A stretch of 13,813 bases of DNA. It comes from Myxococcales bacterium. Its GTDB lineage: Bacteria; Myxococcota; Myxococcia; Myxococcales; Anaeromyxobacteraceae. Each line of letters starts with the position of its first letter. Positions within the stretch are counted from its first letter, which is position 1. The position numbers were made by a program, and so were the translations under genes. The DNA is taken from positions 1 through 13,813 of the forward strand of contig JBBQEB010000102.1 in NCBI GenBank assembly GCA_038320275.1, read 5' to 3'. The notes under the pieces were generated by a model. That model had not been told where the DNA came from, did not search any database, and saw only the letters and a program-made list of their open reading frames with translations. Positions 7,399-13,813 of this stretch are shown one piece after another.

Positions 7399-8352
7399 AT
7401 GTCCTCTCCAGTAGACTCGCCTCCTGACAAGGCTCTCATCACCTGTGGTGAAGCTGCCCGCCGCCTGGGCGTTGCGCCCGCGACCCTCAAGCGCTGGACG
7501 GAGAGCGGGCGCTTGCCGTGCGTGCGCACCGCGGGTGGCCATCGCCGCTTCGAGCCCGACCAGATCGCGCGCTTCGGCGAGCGGCTGGGCAGCGAGCCGG
7601 ATGCTCTGCGCCGATGGGTGGACCGCCTTCTCCAGGACCCCGACCGCGCGCTCTCCTCCGCTCTGCTCCTGGAGCGGGCGCGGCTCGGCGCGTGGTGGCG
7701 CGTCGCCGAGGCGCTGGGAAGCGTCTTCGGGGACCTCGGCAACCGCTGGGCGGAAGGCTCGGTGTGTGTCCTCGAGGAGCACGCAGCTTCCGACCGCCTC
7801 TCGCGCGCGCTGGCTCGCTGCTGCGAGCCCCTCCTGCCCCGGGCGGATCGACCCAGGATGATCCTCGCCACCGCGGAGGGCGAGGATCACACGCTCGGCC
7901 TGTCGCTCGTGGAGCTTTGCGCACGCGAGCGCGGCTGGCGAGCGGTGTGGGCCGGGCGGGCGACGCCGTGCTCCGAGCTCGTTGGAGCCGTTCAGCGGGG
8001 CGACGTGGAGGCGGTCGCGCTCTCGGCAAGCGTGACGAGCCCGCGCGAGGTGCTGGCGCGCGAGGTCGAGGAGCTCGGTGCGGCCTGCGCCCGCAGCGGT
8101 GTGGCCCTGGTGGTCGGGGGCCAAGGCCCGTGGCCCGACCCGATGCCTCACGGCCGCATCGAGCGCACGTTCGCCGGCTTCGACACCTGGATGCAGGGGC
8201 TCGAGGCGAGCGGAAACGTGGCCCGCGGCATCTTCCCCCGCTCGGTTCCGCGCGGCGGAACGGCGCTTCACGTCCCCGCCCGGCGGCTCGACGGCCAGGC
8301 CACCGGGTCCGACGGCACGGCGCCCGTCGTCGGCGCGGAGCTCGACAGCTGA
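7399..8352 (+). CDS. CarH/LitR-like transcriptional regulator: MerR/excisionase-type HTH plus cobalamin-binding domains
   Basis: HTH TCGEAARRLGVAPATLKRWTESGRLPCVRTAGGHRRF. Helix-bundle W-x9-EH (WAEGSVCVLEEH, 7747-7782). Rossmann motif EDHTLG-x41-SAS-x28-GG. ATG 7399 is preferred over 7267 because the upstream 44 codons look non-coding. Confidence 0.85.
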   Translation: MSSPVDSPPDKALITCGEAARRLGVAPATLKRWTESGRLPCVRTAGGHRRFEPDQIARFGERLGSEPDALRRWVDRLLQDPDRALSSALLLERARLGAWWRVAEALGSVFGDLGNRWAEGSVCVLEEHAASDRLSRALARCCEPLLPRADRPRMILATAEGEDHTLGLSLVELCARERGWRAVWAGRATPCSELVGAVQRGDVEAVALSASVTSPREVLAREVEELGAACARSGVALVVGGQGPWPDPMPHGRIERTFAGFDTWMQGLEASGNVARGIFPRSVPRGGTALHVPARRLDGQATGSDGTAPVVGAELDS

Positions 8353-8373
8353 ACGACGGGCCGCGGTGAGCGC

Positions 8374-8400
8374 CCGCGCCGCGCCCGACCTGCGGCGCGG
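8374..8400. terminator. GC-rich hairpin between convergent genes (possible terminator or stabiliser)
   Basis: 9-bp stem CCGCGCCGC (8374-8382) / GCGGCGCGG (8392-8400) in the 57-nt gap between the regulator and addA stops. No U-tract on either side. Confidence 0.4.
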
Positions 8401-8409
8401 AGGTGACCA

Positions 8410-11400
8410 TCAAGAACCGGCGCGCAGGGCGGCCTGGCCGTGACAGCGAGGCGCGAAACCGCATCCTTCCTCGCGGCACCGCGCCTCGGTCCTGCCGATC
8501 TCGTGGGGCGCCTTGGTGAGCTCCGACCCCGAGTGCGCTGCCAGCGCGAGTCGCGGAGCCTCCCGGCCGAAGCGCCGCAGCTCGGCGGCGGAGGGCGTCA
8601 GGTCGATGCGAGGGCAACTTCCCCGCAGGAATTGGAGCGAGGCAGCGACGGTGTGCTGCGGGAACGCCCGCCCCGCCGCCAGCGAGTAGGCGACGAGCTG
8701 GACGCGGTAGGCGTCCGCCGCGCCGCGCGTGGCGAGCGCGTACTTGAAATCGACGACCTCGACCCGGCGCCGGCCCGACACGATCGCGTCGATGGACCCG
8801 GACAGATAGCAGGCCGGCACGCCCTCCTCCGGCGAGTCCAGGCGCAGCAGGAAGGGCACCTCGCGCCGGAGAAGGCCGGCCCGGGCGGCGGCGACGAGCG
8901 CCTTGCCGGGCTCGGCATCCAGGAACTGGAGCACGTCCCCCAGGATGCGGCGCACGCCCGTCGAGCGCGGGTCGAACCCGCGCCGGGACGCGACCGCTGA
9001 GAGCTGCGGCCGGAGCTCGAGGGGCGACAGTGTGAGATCCACCTCGGCGAGCATGGCGTGCGCCAGCGTGCCGCGCGCAGTGGCTCGGTCCGGATCGTCC
9101 TGGGCAGGGCTCCCGCCCGCCGCCGGCTCCTGGAGTCCGAGCTGCCGGGTCAAGTGCACCTTTCGTGAACAACGCGCATGTGCAGAAAGCGCGGTCACCG
9201 CGAGCCGGACTGGAGCGGGTGGCGGCGCTGCGGCGAGGAGGAGCGGTCGCTGGGTCGGCGTCGAGGCCGCGGTCGGCGTCGTGGTCGGCGTCGTGGTCGG
9301 CGTCGCGGGCGGCGTCGTGGTCGGCGGCGCGGTCGGGGTCGCGGTCGGGGTCGGGGTCGGGGGCGGGGTCGGGGTCGGGGTCGCGGTTGTGGTCGTAGCC
9401 GTACCCTCAGTCGCAGTCGCAGTCGCAGTCGCAGTCGCCGTCTCGCCCGCGCGGGCCGTTCCCGCCTCCCCGCTCGGGATCCTCCGCACCAGCTCCGGCC
9501 TCGCCAAGAAGGCCGCCTCCACCAGAGCGCGCCAGGTGTCGCCACCCCTCGGCGCCTCGCCCGAGAGGACCAGGTGGTCGCGCGCTCGCGTGAGGGCGAC
9601 GTACAGCAGCCGCCGGGACTCCGCAGCCGACGCGCGCCGCGCCTCCGCCCGCGCGGCCTCGACGGTGGCGGTCGCACGGTGGAGGTCGAGCTCGGGATCG
9701 TAGAAACAGAGCGCGATCCGGCCCTCCTCGTCGCACAGGGCGCGCCGCCCATCGTGGGGCGCGAGCGCGCCCAGATCGGGTACGAAGACCACGGGCCACT
9801 CGAGCCCCTTGGCTTGATGAACGGAGAGGAGGGAGACGGCGTCCACCGCCTCCGGCTCGGCCTCGGGCTCGCGCGGGGGCAACCGGGCGAGCTCCCGCAG
9901 CCGCGCCGCGAACGCTGGCAGGGTGCCGCCCCGCGCGTCGTGGGACTCGGCGAGCGCGATGGCCTTCCGGACGTTGGCGGCGCGCCGCTCGCCGTCGGGC
10001 GCGGCGAGGTGCGCCGCCTCCAGATCGAGCCCCTCCGCGGCCCGGACGAGGAGCTCCGCAGCACCGGCGCGGCCCGCGAGCGGAGCGAGCTCCTGCCAGA
10101 CGGCGAGGAACTGGCGCAGCCGTTCGAGCTCATCGGGATCGGGCGCTCCCGCCCGTCCCTCTCGCGCCAGCGCGGACAGCACCTCTCCGGGCGACCGCCG
10201 CCCGAGCGTGGGCAGCGACAGCCGGGAGAGATCGAAGAGCGTGGAGTCGGAGACGCCGCAGAAGGGCGATCGCAGGAGCGCCGCCCAGGCAAGGGCGTCA
10301 TCCGGCTGCGCGAAGGAGGCGAGGAGCTCGCCGAGGTCGCGCACCTCGGGCGCCTGGTAGAAACCGCCCCCTCGCGCGAGCCGGTAGGGCACGTCGGCCT
10401 CCCGGAGCGCGCGCGCGTACGGCCCGACGTCGGTGAGCCGGCGGAAGAGCACCGCCACCTCCCCGTAGCGGGGGGGCCGGGGGCAGCAATCCGCGCCGGT
10501 CACGGACACCCCGGCGGCTCCCGACGCCAGGGCTGCCACCCGCAGCGCCACCGCGCGCGCCTCGCGCAGCCGGCGCTCCGCGGCAGGGCCGCCCTCCCCG
10601 TCCTCCAGCACCTCGCACGCCGGCCCGGGCTCACCCGCCCGCACCGCGCGGAGCCGGTCCTCCTCGCCGAAGGCGAGCTCGTACGCGCGCGGCTGCGCCG
10701 CCGGTGGCTGCATGGCCCGCAGGGAGACCTCGTTCACCACCTCCAGCACGGCCGGCGTGGAACGATGGTTTCGCGAGAGGTGCAGCACCCGGGCGCCGGC
10801 CTCCCGCGAGAAGCGCTCCACCAGGCTCCTGAAGACGGTCACGTCGGCGCCGCGGAAGCGATAGATCGACTGCTTGAGGTCGCCGACCGCCACCAGGATC
10901 GGCCGCGGCTCCTCACCCTGCGTGAGGAGCTCGAAGAGCTCCCGCTGCAGCGCGTTCACGTCCTGGTATTCGTCCACCAGGAGCGCCCGGTACCGGGCCC
11001 GCAGCTCGGAACGGAGCCCCTCGTCGCTCCGCAGCAGGTCGCGCGCGCCCGTCAGGAGGTCGTCGAAGTCGAGCGCCCGCGCCTCCCGTTTTGCTGCAGC
11101 GTAGCGGGCCTCGGCATCGGCGACGATCCGGCACAGCTCCTCCTGGGCCGGCTGCGCGAGCACCTCCGCGGCGAGCGGCCCGAGCCGTTCGCAGGCCGCG
11201 AGGAGCTCGGCGCGCAGGCCGCGCGCCTCCGCCGGATCGGTGCTGCCGACGCGCCAGCTGCGGAGCGCACCGGCCAGGGCGTCGCCGACCGTCAGGTCGC
11301 GCCTGTCGGGTGGAGCGCCGGGCTCGGGGAGGCCACCCAGGGCCGCCCCGAGGGCCTGGAGGGCTGCGCGCCCACTCTTGGTGCGGACGCTCGGCCCGAG

Positions 11401-12072
11401 CGCCGCGATGGCGGCCGCGAGCCCGCGGGCGCTCTCCCTCGCCGCGAGCGCCTCGCCCGATCGGTCTGGCGCCGGGCGCGGCGGCGAGCGATCGCCGCGG
11501 GTGGCCCGCGCGAGCGCGAGGTCCACCATGAGGTCTGCGAGGCCGGCGCGCCTCCCGCCGGCGCCGTGGCCGGCACACAGGTCGGCGGCGAGCGAGCCCC
11601 CCGCGTCGAGCGCCCCGATCACGGCCGCGCGCGCGGCATCCCGGCGCATGAGGCGCGCGACGTCCTCCTCGAGGACGGAGCTCTCCGGGTCGATCCCCGC
11701 CTCCGCTGCGTGCTCGCGGAGGAGCCTCGCGGCGAAGCCATGGATGGTGCCGATGGCCGCGCGATCGAGGCCGTCCAGCCGGACGCGCCAGGCGCGCTCC
11801 TCGGCGCTGCCCTCGGGCTCGTCCGCCCAGCGTGCCCGCACGGCGGCGCGGAGCCGCTCGTCGAGCTCGGCGGCAGCGCGCTCGGTGAAGGTGATGACGA
11901 CGAGCTCGGCCGGGTCTGCGGCGGTCCCCGTAGCTTCCCCGGAGAGCAGCCGGATGCAGAGCTCCACGAGGCAGGTGGTCTTGCCCGCGCCGGCGCCCGC
12001 GGAGACCGCGGTGGGGCCCCGCAGGTCGAAGAGCGCCCGCGCGGCGCCGTCCCAAACCTTGCCGCCCGTCAC
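8410..12072 (-). CDS. addA: AddA/RecB-like ATP-dependent helicase-nuclease (UvrD SF1 helicase plus C-terminal PD-(D/E)XK nuclease)
   Basis: Helicase motifs SAGAGAGKTT, ITFTERAAAEL, GTIHGF, LVDEYQD, VGDLKQSIYRFRGA, NHRS, SVHQAKGLEW and ESRRLLYVALTRA. Nuclease motifs RGTLAHAML, REVPF, GSIDAI, VVDFK and YRVQLVAY. GTG start at 12072 overlaps the upstream TGA (GTGA). Confidence 0.9.
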   Translation of the reverse strand: MTGGKVWDGAARALFDLRGPTAVSAGAGAGKTTCLVELCIRLLSGEATGTAADPAELVVITFTERAAAELDERLRAAVRARWADEPEGSAEERAWRVRLDGLDRAAIGTIHGFAARLLREHAAEAGIDPESSVLEEDVARLMRRDAARAAVIGALDAGGSLAADLCAGHGAGGRRAGLADLMVDLALARATRGDRSPPRPAPDRSGEALAARESARGLAAAIAALGPSVRTKSGRAALQALGAALGGLPEPGAPPDRRDLTVGDALAGALRSWRVGSTDPAEARGLRAELLAACERLGPLAAEVLAQPAQEELCRIVADAEARYAAAKREARALDFDDLLTGARDLLRSDEGLRSELRARYRALLVDEYQDVNALQRELFELLTQGEEPRPILVAVGDLKQSIYRFRGADVTVFRSLVERFSREAGARVLHLSRNHRSTPAVLEVVNEVSLRAMQPPAAQPRAYELAFGEEDRLRAVRAGEPGPACEVLEDGEGGPAAERRLREARAVALRVAALASGAAGVSVTGADCCPRPPRYGEVAVLFRRLTDVGPYARALREADVPYRLARGGGFYQAPEVRDLGELLASFAQPDDALAWAALLRSPFCGVSDSTLFDLSRLSLPTLGRRSPGEVLSALAREGRAGAPDPDELERLRQFLAVWQELAPLAGRAGAAELLVRAAEGLDLEAAHLAAPDGERRAANVRKAIALAESHDARGGTLPAFAARLRELARLPPREPEAEPEAVDAVSLLSVHQAKGLEWPVVFVPDLGALAPHDGRRALCDEEGRIALCFYDPELDLHRATATVEAARAEARRASAAESRRLLYVALTRARDHLVLSGEAPRGGDTWRALVEAAFLARPELVRRIPSGEAGTARAGETATATATATATEGTATTTTATPTPTPPPTPTPTATPTAPPTTTPPATPTTTPTTTPTAASTPTQRPLLLAAAPPPAPVRLAVTALSAHARCSRKVHLTRQLGLQEPAAGGSPAQDDPDRATARGTLAHAMLAEVDLTLSPLELRPQLSAVASRRGFDPRSTGVRRILGDVLQFLDAEPGKALVAAARAGLLRREVPFLLRLDSPEEGVPACYLSGSIDAIVSGRRRVEVVDFKYALATRGAADAYRVQLVAYSLAAGRAFPQHTVAASLQFLRGSCPRIDLTPSAAELRRFGREAPRLALAAHSGSELTKAPHEIGRTEARCREEGCGFAPRCHGQAALRAGS
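9253..9441 (-). repeat. Degenerate 6/12-bp tandem repeat encoding an Ala/Thr/Pro linker inside addA
   Basis: On the plus strand: (CAGTCG)x5 at 9408-9437, runs of GGGGTC at about 9335-9382, and GGTCGGCGTCGT units at about 9271-9305. It encodes TATATATATATEGTATTTTATPTPTPPPTPTPTATPTAPPTTTPPATPTTTPTTTPTAASTPT. Confidence 0.95.
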
Positions 12073-13813
12073 GGCGCGCCCCGGTTCTCGAAGCGGCAGA
12101 GCGCGCCCAGGCTGCACCCGGCGCAGTCGCGCGGCGCGATGGGGAGCTCTCCAGCGCGGACGCGGCCGACGAGCTCCACCACGGCGTCGGCGAACGGGCG
12201 CTCCCCGCGGCCGCGCGCCGCGCTCCGCGCCTCGCGGGTCATCGCGAAGAGCCCGTCGCCTGGCGAGCTCTCGAAGGCGGGCGCGCGCTCGGCGGAGCGG
12301 AGCAGCCCGTAGGTGGCGGAGAGCTGCCGGCGGCCGGGAAGCGCACGGGCGGCGGCGAGCAGGTACGCCGGCACCTGGAAGTTCGTCTCTCCCATGGCCT
12401 CGGGCGCGAGCCGGTCCTTCCAGTCTGGCCGGGCGCGCGCGTCCTTGTAGTCGATGAGCAGGAGCCGCTCGGCGTCAGCGTCCACCCGGTCCAGCCGGCC
12501 GCGCAGCCGCACCGCATCGCGGCCTTCGCCGAGGACGAGCGGCGGCACGCCGGACCCGCCGCCGAACTCGTGCTCCAGGAGCGCCGGCCTGAGGCGGGGA
12601 TCTTCGCCCGCCTCCGCCGCCACCACCCGCAGCAGACGCGAGAGCACCGCCCCCTTGCGCGCGGCCCAGACGGCTGGATCTCCCACGCGCCCGTCCGCGG
12701 CGAAGGCTTCGAAGGTGCGCTCGGCCACCTCGCGCAGGTGGTCGCTTTCCTCGGGAGCCCCGCTCAGCGGGGGAGTGCCGCCCTGAAGCCGCTCGCGGTG
12801 GAAGCGCTCCAGGACCGCGTGCGCGAGCCGCCCTTCGTCGCGCGGGTCGATGTCGAGCTCGGCCGTCTCCGGCTCGCCCAGCCGGAGCACGACGTGGCCA
12901 AAGGTTTGATAGGCGCAGCGCGCGTGCACCTCGAGCTGGCTCGGGGTCCATTCAACCGGCAGCGCGGCGGCGAGCTCCTCCTGTCGGTCCGAGAGCGCAC
13001 CTGCCCAGCGGGAAGCCACGCGCGCCGAAACCGCCTCTGCGCGGTCGAGCTCGAGGCGACCCCGCTGCCTCGCCGACGCGGCCCTGCGTGCGAGCCGCGG
13101 ATCAGCCGCGGCGAGCTCCGCAAGCGCGGCGTCGCCCGCCAGGGCGGCGTTCCGGATCGCTTCCCGCGCGGTCTGCGGGAGACCTGTGGGCCTTCCGCCT
13201 GGGCCGGCGACCTCCGCGCCCGCGGCGGCGAGCACCTCCAGCGCCAGCGCGGATGGAGCGCTGCCGGGGCCTTCCGGGCCGGAGCCTGCCCAGGTGAGTC
13301 CCACTGTCTCCCGCCCCACCGCGAGCGCGCAGAACGCCTGGTGCAGTGCCTCGGCGCGGCGTGCCGACGACGTGGGCAGCGCCAGCCGCCCGGCCACGCG
13401 ATTCACCGCGATGCGCTCCGCGTCCCGGAGCAGCGGCTCGGGCGGCGGCGCAGCCGGAAACGCCCCCTGGCCTGCCCCAATCACGATGGCCGCCCGAGCG
13501 GTGAGCCCCGGCGCCTCGCGCACCGGCCACAGCTCGACGGCATCTGCCGCAGCCTCGGGGGCGGGCGGGGCCACAGCCCGGTCCAGCGCGACCTCGAGCA
13601 GGGCTCGCCACTCGGACGCCGGCAGCACGTCCTGGCCGCGCCCCAGCATCGCCACGGCGCGCGCGACCTCGTCCGCCACGTCCTCCAGCCGGACCAGGGC
13701 CTCGGTATCGCGGCGGGCCAGGCCAGGCTCCGTCCGAGCCGCGCGCCTCTGGGCGCCCAGGTGGGCGAGCACCCCGCGCAGCCGCTCGGCGTGATCGCGA
13801 GCGCGGCCGGCGC
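12069..13813 (-). CDS. addB: AddB-like subunit with PD-(D/E)XK nuclease and Fe-S cysteines (partial, 5' end beyond the right edge)
   Basis: The frame stays open from 13772 to the window edge. Motifs WTPSQLEVHARC, EGRLAHAVLERF, LEHEFG, LRGRLDRVD, LIDYK, FQVPAY and C-terminal CAGCSLGALC. Coupled to addA. Confidence 0.85.
   Translation of the reverse strand, partial: AGRARDHAERLRGVLAHLGAQRRAARTEPGLARRDTEALVRLEDVADEVARAVAMLGRGQDVLPASEWRALLEVALDRAVAPPAPEAAADAVELWPVREAPGLTARAAIVIGAGQGAFPAAPPPEPLLRDAERIAVNRVAGRLALPTSSARRAEALHQAFCALAVGRETVGLTWAGSGPEGPGSAPSALALEVLAAAGAEVAGPGGRPTGLPQTAREAIRNAALAGDAALAELAAADPRLARRAASARQRGRLELDRAEAVSARVASRWAGALSDRQEELAAALPVEWTPSQLEVHARCAYQTFGHVVLRLGEPETAELDIDPRDEGRLAHAVLERFHRERLQGGTPPLSGAPEESDHLREVAERTFEAFAADGRVGDPAVWAARKGAVLSRLLRVVAAEAGEDPRLRPALLEHEFGGGSGVPPLVLGEGRDAVRLRGRLDRVDADAERLLLIDYKDARARPDWKDRLAPEAMGETNFQVPAYLLAAARALPGRRQLSATYGLLRSAERAPAFESSPGDGLFAMTREARSAARGRGERPFADAVVELVGRVRAGELPIAPRDCAGCSLGALCRFENRGAP

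Noticed and set aside
9253..9441. Repeat region as a CRISPR array or mobile element, and the nucleases as Cas4
   Set aside because: Short degenerate in-frame microsatellite with no spacers. The Cas4-like folds are the normal C-terminal nuclease domains of AddA and AddB, and no cas or transposase genes are present.
9178..12312. 1044-aa plus-strand ORF with an RG-rich N-terminus
   Set aside because: Antisense shadow of addA. The RG run is the linker repeat read on the other strand, and long stop-free antisense frames are expected at this GC content.

Overview
Very GC-rich bacterial chromosomal segment whose gene content and Pro/Thr hexamer repeats suggest a myxobacterium such as Anaeromyxobacter (inference). 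Left to right it carries: the 5' end of a probable divergent gene; a maf-yggS pair; a palindrome-rich spacer ending in a sigma54-type promoter; a secreted three-gene module (DUF3108, GH123/DUF4091-like glycosidase, DUF3108); a small hypothetical gene that looks leaderless; a DUF507 gene; a class I fructose-bisphosphate aldolase; a divergent CarH/LitR-like regulator with HTH and B12-binding domains; and an addB-addA-like helicase-nuclease operon that runs off the right edge. The most notable signals are the sigma54-linked DUF3108/GH123 envelope module, the orphan adenosyl-B12 photoreceptor-like regulator, and an AddA with both a tandem-repeat Pro/Thr tether and its own four-Cys Fe-S-like motif. 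I saw no rRNA, tRNA, CRISPR array or transposase. All family calls come from motif recognition by eye, not database searches.
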